The notes under the pieces were generated by a model. It was given only the letters and a program-made list of their open reading frames with translations. It searched no databases and was not told the DNA's origin. Of a DNA stretch of 64,000 bases, positions 45,101 through 53,681 are shown piece by piece; the stretch's first letter is position 1, and each line of letters opens with the position of its first letter. This DNA is from Thermoanaerobaculia bacterium (GTDB taxonomy: Bacteria > Acidobacteriota > Thermoanaerobaculia > Multivoradales > UBA5704), in contig DASZZM010000026.1 of NCBI GenBank assembly GCA_035544895.1, positions 35,914-99,913 of the forward strand, read 5' to 3'. The position numbers and the translations under genes were made by a program.

Positions 45101-48100
45101 GCCGATGCGCGGAGCGGCAGGAGCGAGGTCGGGCGGCCGCTCGCCGACCTCGCGGTGCGGGTGCTCGATCCGGGTCTCCGGCCGGCGCCGATCGGCATCC
45201 CGGGAGAGCTCTGCGTCGGCGGCGCGGGCCTGGCCCGCGGCTATCTCGGCCGGCCGGAGCTGACCGCCGAGCGTTTCGTTCCCGATCCCTTCGCCCGCTC
45301 CGCTGGCGACGGCGGCGCGCGGCTCTATCGCTCCGGGGACCTCGCCCGCTGGCGGCCCGACGGCGACATCGAGGTGCTCGGGCGCATCGATCTCCAGGTC
45401 AAGATCCGCGGCTTCCGCATCGAGCCCGGGGAGATCGAAGCCGCCCTCCGCGAGCACCCCGGGGTTCGGGAGTGTGCGGTCCTGGCGAGCGAGGAGGCCG
45501 GCGGCCACCGCCGCCTGATCGCCTACCAGGTGTCGCGCGGCGAGCCGGTTCCGGCCGCCGAGCTGCGGGCCTTCCTGGCCGAGCGCCTTCCCGGACCCAT
45601 GCTGCCGGCGGGCTTCGTGGCGCTCGCCAGCCTGCCCCTCACCGCTCACGGCAAACTCGACCGCCGCGCCTTGCCCGCTCTCGCGCCCGCTGCCATGCGC
45701 CCGAGCGGAGAGGCCGCCCGGCCGCAAACACCGCGCACGCCGGTCGAGCAAGCGATCGCGGCGAGCTGGTCCGAGGTCTTGGATGTACGGCGCGTCGGCC
45801 TCGACGACGATTTCTTCGCCTTGGGCGGCGACTCGATCCGCGGCATCCAGGTGCGGGTGCGGGCCGAAGAGCGCGGGGTGAGCTTCACCCTGCGGCAGCT
45901 CTTCCAGCACCCCACCGTCCGCAATCTTGCGGAGGTGGCGGCGGAGGTGGATGCGGAGGGGTCCGAAATGACCGGGCCGGCGGTCGGGCCCGGCACGCCG
46001 CCCTTTTCCCTGATCTCGGCGGCCGACCGCTCCCGGCTCCCGGAGGGGGTCGAAGATGCCTATCCGCTGACCCGCACCCAGGCCGGCCTGGTCTTTCACA
46101 GCGAGTACGGCCGCGACTACCAGATCTACGTGAGCAGCCTGCACCTGCGGGCGCCGCTCGACGTCGGCAGGCTGCGGCTCGCCCTCTCCCGGCTCGTCGC
46201 CCGGCACCCCCTGCTGCGCACCTCTTTTGCCCTGCAAGGCTTCTCCGCGCCGCTTCAGCTCGTCCACCGTGCGGGGCGCGAAGGAGAGCCGCTCCGGCCC
46301 GAGCTGGCGGTGGTGGACCTGCGTGGCCTCGCTCCGGCGGTCCAGGAAGAGGTGGTCACGCGCTGGCTCGCCGTCGAGGTGCGGCGCAAGTTCGACTGGG
46401 GACGGCCGCCTCTCATCCGCCTGCACCTCCACCCTCGCGGCGAGGACACTTTCCAGCTCACCCTCTCCGAGCCCTTCCTCGACGGCTGGAGCGTGGGCCT
46501 CTTCCTGACCGAGCTCTTCACCCGCTATCTGGCTCTCGTCGCCGCTGCCCGTCCCCAGCTCGGCCTGCCGGCCGAGCCGCCCGACGAGCGGCCGCTCGCC
46601 AGCTCCTTCGCCGACTATGTCGCCCTGGAACGAGACGCGCTGGCCTCCGCCGAGCAGCGGGCCTTCTGGGAGCTGCGCGGTGATCGCGGCGATGGCGGCG
46701 CCTCGCGCCTGCCGCGCAATTGCCCCGTCGTCTGCGCCGTCGTCCGCGCCGCGCCTGGCGCCGGCCCGCCACCGCCCGTGGTGCGTCTCGAAGTGCCGGT
46801 CCCGCGGACCGTCTCGCTCGGCCTGCGGCAGGCGGCACTCGGGGCCGGCGTGCCGCTCAAGGACCTGCTGCTCGCGGCCCACCTTCGGGTCCTTGCGTTC
46901 TTGACTGGGGAATCGGACGTGGTCACCGCCCACCTCATCAACGGGCGCCCCGAAGGCGCCGACGGCGACCGGATCCTCGGCGGCTTCCTCAATGCCATGC
47001 CTTTCCGCATGCGCCTGGTCCCGGGCTCCTGGCTCGACCTGGCAAGGCAAACCTTCGCCACCGAGCTCGAGCTGCTCCCCTTCCGGCGCTATCCCCTGGC
47101 TGAGATGGCCGAGATGGCCGAGCTGCAGCGCCGGCGCCCGGCCGATCCGGTCGACCCGGCAGCAGGGAATCGACCGGAGGGCGGCGGGTCCCTGCCCGCC
47201 GCCATTGGACGGCCACCTTTCGACACGCTCTTCAACTTCACCCACTTCCATCTCTACGAGCGTCTGCAGAGGATTCCAGGACTGGCCGTCCTGGGCAGCG
47301 CGGGCTCGGAGCAGACCTACTTTCCGCTGACCGCGCAATTCAACCTCGACGAGATCACCGCACAGGTCACCCTCGGCCTCGACTACCTGGCGGCCGAGCT
47401 CGCACCGGCCGAAGCGTCGGCCATTGCCGCCCGCTACGACCGGGTCCTGGCAGCCATTGCCCGCGCGCCGCTCTCTCCTCACGACGGCCTCTGCCTGCTC
47501 TCCCCGGCGGAGCGCCAGCAGGTCGTCCTGGAGTGGGGGGAAATGGATGCCCCCTACCGCTTCTCGGAGCAGAGGAGTTTCCTGCGAGGAGAACCCGTAA
47601 CCGGCCTCGCGCATGAGCTGTTCGCGGCCCAGGCGGCGCGGCGGCCCGACGCCCGCGCCTTGCTCTGGGAACAGACCACGCTGACCTACGGCGAGCTCGC
47701 CGCGCGCGCTTCGAGCCTGGCGCGCCGCCTCGCCGCGGCAGGGGCGGGCCCCGAAGCGCGGGTCGGCGTGCTTCTCGAGCGCTCTCCGCAGATGGTCGCG
47801 GCAATCCTCGGCGCGCTGGCGGCCGGCGCCGCCTATGTCCCCCTCGACCCCGGCTATCCGCCCGAGCGGACCGCCGCGATGATCGCGGGCGCACGGGCCG
47901 GAGTGGTGGTGACGCGGCGCGGCCTCGTCGAGCTGCTGCCGCCGGAGGTCTCGTGCCTGCTGGTCGACGAGCCGGACGAGGGTGCGCCCGTGCCAGCCAA
48001 TCTATCGGATCGCCCCCTGCGACCTGCCGGGAGTGCCGCCAATGGCGGGAGCGGCGGCCAACCCCTCGATCCCCCTCCCACCCTCTCGCAGCACGGAGTT

Positions 48101-51100
48101 TCGTCTTTCCACCCGGACGGACGCGGGGCGCTCCCCGCAAACCTCTTTGCCGTGATCTTCACCTCGGGCTCGACGGGACAACCCAAGGGAGTCGCCATCG
48201 AACACCGCGGCGTCAGCCACTTCCTGGCCGCCGCCGCGCGCCTCTTCGGGCCCGCGGACCGCGCGGGCGTTCTGGCCGCCGCCTCGATCTGCTTCGACCT
48301 CTCGATCTTCGAGCTGTTCCTGCCGCTCGCCAACGGCGGCACGGCCGTTCTCGCCGGCGGTGCGCTCGACCTTCCCCGCCTGCCGGCGCGCGAGGACGTC
48401 ACCATGGCTTGCCTCGTGCCTTCCACCGCCGCGGACCTGGTGCGTTCCGGCGGCGGCTTTCCGGACTCGTTGCGGGCCCTCACCCTCGGCGGCGAAGCCC
48501 TTCCCGCTCCGCTCGTCCAGGCGCTCGTCGCAAGCGGTGCGGCTTGCCGGGTTTCCAATCATTACGGACCGACCGAGGCCACCATCTACTCGCTGTTCGC
48601 CCCCGTCGATTGCAAGGGAGGGGGCGGGGGCGGCGCCGATGCCGGCGCGCCGCCGATCGGCCGGGCGGTCGCGGGAGAGCGCGCCCTGCTGCTCGACGGC
48701 TGGCTGCAACCGGTCGCTCCCGGAGTGCCGGGCGAGATCTGCCTGGGCGGCAGCGGCCTGGCGCGTGGCTATTTCGCGCGTCCCGACCTCACCGCCGAGC
48801 GCTTCGTGCCGGATCCCGCCTCCGCGCTCCACGGCGAGCCCGGCGCACGCCTGTACCGCACCGGCGACCTCGCCCGCCAGCTCCCCGACGGCCGGATCGA
48901 ATTCCTGGGCCGCCGCGACCACCAGGTGAAGGTGCGCGGCTTCCGCATCGAGCTCGGCGACGTGGAGGCGGCGGTCGCTCGGCACCCCGAAGTCGCCCAG
49001 GCCGTGGTGGTGGCGCGTGGCGAAGAGGGCATCGGTCCGGACGGCGTCCGGCTGGTGGCCTACGTCGTGGCGCGCGATTCTCGGCGGACCTCCGCCGCCG
49101 GGCCGGCTGCCCAACCGCTAGCCCACGACGCTTCCTGGGCCGCTGAGCTGCGCGACTTCGCCGCGCTGCGCCTCCCGCCTTTCATGGTCCCCTCCGTCTT
49201 CGTCACGCTGGACGCCCTGCCGCTCACCCCCGCCGGCAAGGTCGACCGCCGAGCCCTCCCGGCGCCGCCCGACCGGCGCGGCGGCGGCGGCGCGCGGCCC
49301 CTGGTCGCTCCGCGCACGCCGGTCGAGGAAGTGCTCTGCGGGCTGTGGGCCGAGGTCTTCGGCATGGAGCGGGTGAGCGCCGGCGACGATTTCTTCGCTC
49401 TCGGCGGCCACTCCCTGCTGGCCACGCGCCTGATCTCGCGGCTGCGCGCCGCCTTCCGGCTGGAGCTGCCGCTCGACGCCCTGTTCGCGGCGCCGCGCCT
49501 CTCCGACCTGGCGCGGGTGATCGAGGGCGAGCTCGCCGGCGGAGACGCCGCGGGTCCCGCGGAGCCGCCGCTGGCCGCCGGTCCGCGGCCGGACGCCGTG
49601 CCTCTCTCCTTCGCCCAGCAGCGGCTCTGGTTCCTCGACCGCCTGCAACCGGGGAGCTGCCTGTACAACATCCCGAATGCCACCCGCTTGCGCGGCGGGC
49701 TCGCCGCGCCGGCACTGGCCGCCGCCTGCCTGGAGATCGTGCGCCGTCACGAGGTCCTCCGCACCCGCTTTCCGGCGGTCGAGGGACGGCCGGTCCAGGA
49801 GGTCTCGGCGGAGCCGGAGGCGCCATTGCCGCTGCTCGATCTCGCGGCGCTCTCGGTCGCTGCACGCGAGGCCGAGACGGCGCGCCTGTGCGCCGCCGCG
49901 GCCCGCCGCCCCTTCGATCTCGGGAGCGGCCCCGTCCTGCGGCTCCTGCTCTTGCGGCTGGCGTCCGAGGAGCACGTGCTGCTCTCGGTGGTGCACCATA
50001 TCGCCGCCGACGGCTGGTCGGTCGATGTCTTCCTGCGCGAGCTGGCGCTGCTCTACCGCGCCTTCTCTGCCAAGGAGCGGTCTACCGCGCCGCCCTTGCC
50101 CGCGCTCCCGCTGCAATACGCCGATTTCACCTTGTGGCAGCGCGCCCGCCTGCAGGGCGCGGTGCTCGACCGCCAGCTCGCCTGGTGGCGCGAGCGGCTG
50201 CAGGGCGTCCCGCCGTTGACTTTGCCGGCCGACCGTCCCCGGTCGTCGACCCCGGCCTACCGGGGGGCCCGCCGCCGCCTCGAGCTGCCGGCCGGCGTGG
50301 CGGAGGCCGCGGCCGGCCTCGCCCGCCGCGAAGGGGCGACCCTGTTCATGACCGTCCTCTGCGCTTTTGCGGCGGTGCTCGGACGGCATGCCGGGCAAGA
50401 GGACTTTGCAATCGGCTATCCCATCGCCAATCGCAACCGGTTGGAAATCGAGCCCTTGATCGGGTTCTTCGCCAACACCTTGGTGCTGCGCGCGGATCTC
50501 GCCGGCGACCCCGCGGGGCGGGACCTGCTCGGCCGCTGCCGCGAGGCGGTGCTCGGCGCCCATGCCCACCAGGACCTGCCGTTCGAGAGGCTGGTCGAAG
50601 AGCTGCGCCCCGAGCGCGACCTCTCGCGGACGCCGCTCTTCCAGGCGGCGCTGGCGTTTCAGAATGCCCCTCCGGCGGACGTCGCCCGGATCGATCTGCC
50701 AGGCCTCGCCGCTACCCCCGTCGAGATCGAGCCGGGGGCCGCCCGTTTCGAGCTCACTCTCTTCCTGGTCGAGCAACGCGACGGATGCCCGGGGAGCGCG
50801 GCTGCCCTTGCGGGCGAGCTCGAATGGAACGCCGACCTCTTCGACCGGGCCACCGCCGCCCGCTTCCTCGGCCATTTCAGGATCCTGCTCGCGGACCTCG
50901 CCGCCGACGCGGGGCGGCGGCTCTCGGAGCTGTCCCTGCTGACCGAGGCGGAGCGCCACCAGGTCCTTTACGAGTGGGCGAAGGGAAGGCTGCCCGAGAT
51001 CGGCGAAGCCGGAGAGGTCGGCGCGGCCGAGCCGCTGGTTCACCGGCTCATCGCGGCGCAAGCGGCACGGACACCCGCGGCGGCCGCGATCGCCCACGCG

Positions 51101-53617
51101 GGTGGCGAGCTGCTGACCTACGGCGCCCTGGCAGCGCGCACCCAGCGACTCGCCCGCCGCCTGCGGGCCAGCGGCGTTGGTCCCGAGGTCGTGGTAGGTA
51201 TTCGCATGGAACGCGGAGCCCCGGCGCTGGTGGCGATCCTCGCCGTGCTCGAGGCGGGCGGGGCCTACCTGCCGCTCGACCCGTCCTACCCGGACGAGCG
51301 ACTCGCCTTCATGCTCGCCGACGCCGGCGTCCGGCTCGTGCTCGACGAGAGCTCCGAGAGCGCGGTGGCAGACTCCGAGCCGGCCTCCAACGCCGGGCAG
51401 GGACCCGGCGATGTCAGACCGTCCGATCTCCAGCCCCTGCCCGAGAACGCCGCCTATGTGATCTACACCTCGGGCTCCACCGGCCAACCGAAAGGAGTGG
51501 TGGTGAGTCATCGCGCGCTCCTGCGCTCGACGCGCGCCCGCCTGCAGGGCTACTCCGGGCTGGTGCCGGCTTTTCTGCTGCTCCCCTCCCTGGCCTTCGA
51601 CAGCTCGGTAGCGGTCATCTTCTGGACTCTCTGCCAGGGAGGCCGCCTGGTCATTCCGGACAGGAGCCGGCAGTCCGACCCCGTCGAGCTCGCGCGCCTC
51701 ATCGCCGAGCACGGCGTCTCGCATTGGCTGAGCATTCCGCCGCTCTACGCCCAGCTGCTCGCCCATCACCCGCAGCCCTCCGACCTTGGCCCGCTGCGCA
51801 CCGTCATCGTGGCCGGCGAGCCTTGTCCCGCCCAGCTCGTGGCCGAGCATCACGCCCGCCTTCCGGGCGTGATGCTCCACAATGAGTACGGACCCACCGA
51901 GGCCACGGTGTGGGCGACCGTCGACGCGCCGGCTCCCGGAGGAACGGTGACGATCGGCCGGCCGATCGCGGGCGTCGAGGCCCGCCTGCTCGATCGCGCC
52001 CTGGCGCCGGTGCCCGCCGGCGTCGGCGCCGAGCTCCTGATCGGCGGAGCCGGCCTGAGCCGCGGCTACCTCGGCCGGCCCGGCCTGACCGCGCGGCGCT
52101 TCATTCCCGACCCGCTCGCCGGGATCTCGGCCGAGCCCGGCGCCCGGCTCTATCGCACCGGCGACCTCGCGGGCTGGCTGCCCGACGGCCGCCTGGAGCT
52201 CCGGGGACGGATCGACCGCCAGGTCAAGATCCGCGGCTTCCGCATCGAGCTGGGCGAAGTCGAGGCTGCCTTGCTGCGCCACCCTGGCGTGCGGCGGGCC
52301 GCCGCGCTCGCCCGCGATCTCCCCTCCGGCGGCCGCGGGCTGGTGGCGTGCTTCGAGCCGGCGGCGGAGCTTCCGGCGGCCGCTCTGGCGCCCGCCGAGG
52401 CGCGCCGTTACCTGGCCGAGCGCCTGCCCGCTCCCATGGTCCCTGCCGAGCTGTTCGCGCTCCCGGCTCTGCCGCTGCTGCCCAATGGCAAGGTGGACGA
52501 TCGGGCCCTGCTCGCCCTGCTGCCGGCGAGCGCGGACTCCGCGGGGCGCCAGCCCGGGACGCCCGCGGACGAGCTGGAGACGCGCCTGGCGGGACTCTGG
52601 GCGGACCTCTTGGGCCTCGCCGCGGTGGGTCGGAGCGACAGCTTCTTCGAGCTGGGCGGCCATTCGCTCCTGGCCGTCGAGCTGATGGCCCGGATCCAGC
52701 GGGAGCTCGGACGCAAGCTCCCTCTCGCCGCGCTCTTCCGCGGCGCCACCGTCGAGTCCATGGCCGCCGCGCTGCGCCAGGAAAGCGGCCCGCTGCTCGC
52801 CAGGCCGCTCGTCGCCATCCGGCCGCGCGGGGCCGAGCGCCCCTTCTTCTGGGTCCACCCGCTGGGAGGCCGCACGCTTTGCTACGCCGATCTCGCCCGC
52901 CGCCTGGCCGGCCGTCCGAGCTACGGGCTCGAGGCGCCGGGGAGTGACGGCCTCGGCGAACCCTCCGCCAGCGTCGAGGAGCTCGCGGCGCTCTACGTCG
53001 AGGCCCTCGGCCGGGTCCAGACGAGCGGGCCCTACTTGCTTGGCGGTTGGTCTTTCGGCGGACTGATCGCCTGGGAGATGGCCCGGCAGCTCGCCGAGCG
53101 CGGCGCGGCAGTGGCGCTCGTGGCCCTCCTCGACACGACCCTGCCGAGCCCGCGGACTCTGCGGACCCTGCGGACCCTGCAGACCCTGCGGGGACCGGCC
53201 GGAGAGCCTTCGCGCCGCGACGACGTCTCTCTCTCCGCTCTGCTGCGCGCCGAACCAGGTGGCGCGGCCCTCGACCAGCGGCAGCTCGACCGTCTCCTCG
53301 CGGTCGTCGAGGCGCATCTGCACGCCTTCGCCGCCTATCGTCCGCGGCCCCTCGCCTGTCCCGTCGCGCTCCTGGGGGCGGAAGAGCGCCCGCCCGCGGC
53401 CGGCGCCGGCGCTCGCGGAGTCGCGGCCTGGCGCCGCCTGGCGCGCGGTCCGTTCCACTATCGCCGGATCCCGGGAGATCACTACGCCATGCTGCGCGAG
53501 CCCCGGGTCAGCCACGTTGCCACCGAGCTGGAAGCGCTCCTGGCTCGCACAGCGCGGAATTCTCGCCGGCAGGCGTCGCAAGGAGACGCGGCTCCACGGC
53601 CGAGCGAGGTAAACTAA
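39191..53617 (+). CDS. Non-ribosomal peptide synthetase 2 (about 4800 aa). Domain order C-A-T-C-A-T-C*-A-T-C-A-T-TE.
   Basis: The ATG at 39191 overlaps the NRPS1 stop (ATGA). Four A domains (SGSTGQPKGV or SGSTGRPKGV) and four T domains. Three canonical C domains (HHIAADGWS). One C-like domain where the motif is SEPFLDGWS. Terminal thioesterase (GGWSFGGLIAWE). The 5034-aa ORF in the track begins in a different frame upstream. Confidence 0.95.
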   Translation: MSGGRADRLARLEKLSPAKQALLARALRERAARQQGGAIPRRPGSERGGRGGSSPAPLSFGQQRLWLERQMSPDSPVYNLPVAVRIEGRLDARALAAALSEVVRRHEVLRSGIERRGEELVQVVAPAAAVPLALADLSGLPASGRQAEVARLGADHARRLFDLSRPPLVRAALLALGGDEHRLLLALHHIAADGWSSAILVRELGELYAARAAGRPSPLGELPIQYADWAAWQRGRLAGELLAAELDYWRERLAGLPPLELPADRPRPPAASFRGRRRERLLAPRLHGALADLSRRQGATMFMTLAAGFAALLGRWTGQDDLAVGTPVAGRTRLETEGLIGFFVNILVLRADLAGSPSFTQLLSRLRATVAAAHAHQELPFERLVEELAPARDPGGHPLVQAILALHNAAREQLALPGLALTLLETDTGTAKLDLALEIVEQPEGGLAAGLEVASDLFDATTAARLLGHFEALLAGAAAAPAMPLRDLPLLGAAEIHQLVREHNDTRSAYPRDSAVAELFAEWARAAPQAPAVLAEGREPWSYGRLAAESHRLAWHLRSLGVERESRVGVSMERSPELIAALLAILQAGGAYVPLDPGYPDSRLRFMLQDTGTRLLLVHEPTRQRLAALEWPDGAPPVRLLCVDAEREVIAGRGSAPPPRSPVSAGAEGLAYVLYTSGSTGQPKGVAVPHRAIARLVRGTNYVRLGPADRVAHLSNISFDAATFEIWGALANGGATVVIEREAVLSPARLAARLREAAVTAMFLTAALFDQVVGEQPAAFSALRHLLVGGDALDPQSVARALAAGPPERLLNGYGPTESTTFAVWHEVRHVPPGSLSVPIGRPLANTTAHVVDRRGELASTGQVGELWLGGDGLARGYLGRPDLTAERFVPDRWSREPGGRLYRTGDLARRRWDGVIDCLGRIDQQVKIRGFRVEPGEIEAVLAACPGVRDCAVVARLQVSSPAHPITSPAPPIRSPALVAYVVAAPAAGLREALVWEHLRRSLPGYMLPVACRFVESLPLTPNAKLDRAALAALDPLDLLEITAGPPAQDYAAPRDPIEELLAGIWEKVLGIDRIGVRDDFFVLGGHSLLAARLAARVHQVFGIDLPLRTLFETPTVAGVAAAIRATLATRSPRSDTVSGVQPPAPIPRAGRGEGGPRPLSFGQQRLWFIYQMNPRSAAYNLLVALLLAGALDRRALAAALAEVVRRHEVLRTAIVAEGGPAGAAQRLTPPPAPRLPVVDLSGLAEPVAGAESLRLAAAEALQPFDLGRPPLLRAALLALAAPADGPAGGSAGGGPPRHLLVLTLHHIAADGWSSAILVRETAALYAAFAAGRQSPLPEPPLQYADWAAWQRGRLSGELLASQLAWWRQRLAGLPDLRLPADRPRPAVESFRGLRRSRLLPAGASARLDELSRRQGATLFMTLAAAFAAVLRRLGGEEDFGLGTPIAGRTRMETEGLIGFFVNTLVLRFDVPGDPAFSRLLAHAREALLEGYSHQDLPFERLVEELAPRRDLSRQPLVQAFVVLQNTPREPLALPGLTATELAVDNRTAKTDLTLDVARAGGGLRAELEANHDLFDAATAARMLSHLETLLAAAAADPEQPLSRLPLLSAAERHQMIVEWGGLAEARAPAGWTLHNAFESRARLSPAALALSCAGEQVSYGELDARANRLARHLRSLGAGPEVRVGLCLARSAETVVALLAVLKAGGAYLPLDPDYPRERLALLLADAAAPLVVTRSNLAGLLPAAGPLQILLDRDAEAIARQPSGPLPPAAGPDHAAYVIYTSGSTGRPKGVVVTHRNVARLFIAAAPWLELAGDDVWTLFHSFAFDFSVWEIWGALLHGGRLVVVPYWASRSPDTFRGLLRDEQVTVLNQTPSAFRQLVEAEERVVPAPTGPYPAVRSGALGPYPAIQSDAPGPYPALRLILFGGESLDPRHLRTWFARHGDRRPRLFNLYGITETTVHVTCRPLAAADARSGRSEVGRPLADLAVRVLDPGLRPAPIGIPGELCVGGAGLARGYLGRPELTAERFVPDPFARSAGDGGARLYRSGDLARWRPDGDIEVLGRIDLQVKIRGFRIEPGEIEAALREHPGVRECAVLASEEAGGHRRLIAYQVSRGEPVPAAELRAFLAERLPGPMLPAGFVALASLPLTAHGKLDRRALPALAPAAMRPSGEAARPQTPRTPVEQAIAASWSEVLDVRRVGLDDDFFALGGDSIRGIQVRVRAEERGVSFTLRQLFQHPTVRNLAEVAAEVDAEGSEMTGPAVGPGTPPFSLISAADRSRLPEGVEDAYPLTRTQAGLVFHSEYGRDYQIYVSSLHLRAPLDVGRLRLALSRLVARHPLLRTSFALQGFSAPLQLVHRAGREGEPLRPELAVVDLRGLAPAVQEEVVTRWLAVEVRRKFDWGRPPLIRLHLHPRGEDTFQLTLSEPFLDGWSVGLFLTELFTRYLALVAAARPQLGLPAEPPDERPLASSFADYVALERDALASAEQRAFWELRGDRGDGGASRLPRNCPVVCAVVRAAPGAGPPPPVVRLEVPVPRTVSLGLRQAALGAGVPLKDLLLAAHLRVLAFLTGESDVVTAHLINGRPEGADGDRILGGFLNAMPFRMRLVPGSWLDLARQTFATELELLPFRRYPLAEMAEMAELQRRRPADPVDPAAGNRPEGGGSLPAAIGRPPFDTLFNFTHFHLYERLQRIPGLAVLGSAGSEQTYFPLTAQFNLDEITAQVTLGLDYLAAELAPAEASAIAARYDRVLAAIARAPLSPHDGLCLLSPAERQQVVLEWGEMDAPYRFSEQRSFLRGEPVTGLAHELFAAQAARRPDARALLWEQTTLTYGELAARASSLARRLAAAGAGPEARVGVLLERSPQMVAAILGALAAGAAYVPLDPGYPPERTAAMIAGARAGVVVTRRGLVELLPPEVSCLLVDEPDEGAPVPANLSDRPLRPAGSAANGGSGGQPLDPPPTLSQHGVSSFHPDGRGALPANLFAVIFTSGSTGQPKGVAIEHRGVSHFLAAAARLFGPADRAGVLAAASICFDLSIFELFLPLANGGTAVLAGGALDLPRLPAREDVTMACLVPSTAADLVRSGGGFPDSLRALTLGGEALPAPLVQALVASGAACRVSNHYGPTEATIYSLFAPVDCKGGGGGGADAGAPPIGRAVAGERALLLDGWLQPVAPGVPGEICLGGSGLARGYFARPDLTAERFVPDPASALHGEPGARLYRTGDLARQLPDGRIEFLGRRDHQVKVRGFRIELGDVEAAVARHPEVAQAVVVARGEEGIGPDGVRLVAYVVARDSRRTSAAGPAAQPLAHDASWAAELRDFAALRLPPFMVPSVFVTLDALPLTPAGKVDRRALPAPPDRRGGGGARPLVAPRTPVEEVLCGLWAEVFGMERVSAGDDFFALGGHSLLATRLISRLRAAFRLELPLDALFAAPRLSDLARVIEGELAGGDAAGPAEPPLAAGPRPDAVPLSFAQQRLWFLDRLQPGSCLYNIPNATRLRGGLAAPALAAACLEIVRRHEVLRTRFPAVEGRPVQEVSAEPEAPLPLLDLAALSVAAREAETARLCAAAARRPFDLGSGPVLRLLLLRLASEEHVLLSVVHHIAADGWSVDVFLRELALLYRAFSAKERSTAPPLPALPLQYADFTLWQRARLQGAVLDRQLAWWRERLQGVPPLTLPADRPRSSTPAYRGARRRLELPAGVAEAAAGLARREGATLFMTVLCAFAAVLGRHAGQEDFAIGYPIANRNRLEIEPLIGFFANTLVLRADLAGDPAGRDLLGRCREAVLGAHAHQDLPFERLVEELRPERDLSRTPLFQAALAFQNAPPADVARIDLPGLAATPVEIEPGAARFELTLFLVEQRDGCPGSAAALAGELEWNADLFDRATAARFLGHFRILLADLAADAGRRLSELSLLTEAERHQVLYEWAKGRLPEIGEAGEVGAAEPLVHRLIAAQAARTPAAAAIAHAGGELLTYGALAARTQRLARRLRASGVGPEVVVGIRMERGAPALVAILAVLEAGGAYLPLDPSYPDERLAFMLADAGVRLVLDESSESAVADSEPASNAGQGPGDVRPSDLQPLPENAAYVIYTSGSTGQPKGVVVSHRALLRSTRARLQGYSGLVPAFLLLPSLAFDSSVAVIFWTLCQGGRLVIPDRSRQSDPVELARLIAEHGVSHWLSIPPLYAQLLAHHPQPSDLGPLRTVIVAGEPCPAQLVAEHHARLPGVMLHNEYGPTEATVWATVDAPAPGGTVTIGRPIAGVEARLLDRALAPVPAGVGAELLIGGAGLSRGYLGRPGLTARRFIPDPLAGISAEPGARLYRTGDLAGWLPDGRLELRGRIDRQVKIRGFRIELGEVEAALLRHPGVRRAAALARDLPSGGRGLVACFEPAAELPAAALAPAEARRYLAERLPAPMVPAELFALPALPLLPNGKVDDRALLALLPASADSAGRQPGTPADELETRLAGLWADLLGLAAVGRSDSFFELGGHSLLAVELMARIQRELGRKLPLAALFRGATVESMAAALRQESGPLLARPLVAIRPRGAERPFFWVHPLGGRTLCYADLARRLAGRPSYGLEAPGSDGLGEPSASVEELAALYVEALGRVQTSGPYLLGGWSFGGLIAWEMARQLAERGAAVALVALLDTTLPSPRTLRTLRTLQTLRGPAGEPSRRDDVSLSALLRAEPGGAALDQRQLDRLLAVVEAHLHAFAAYRPRPLACPVALLGAEERPPAAGAGARGVAAWRRLARGPFHYRRIPGDHYAMLREPRVSHVATELEALLARTARNSRRQASQGDAAPRPSEVN
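48020..48059. repeat. Single copy of the 40-bp REP-like element, inserted in-frame in the third A domain of NRPS2.
   Basis: CGACCTGCCGGGAGTGCCGCCAATGGCGGGAGCGGCGGCC, encoding PAGSAANGGSGG in the variable loop before the SGSTGQPKG core motif. Confidence 0.65.
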
Positions 53618-53681
53618 TCCGCTGGGTTCCCGTATCAGCCTTGCGTTACGTCATCGGGCAATCCGCCCGAGAGAGGTGCAC

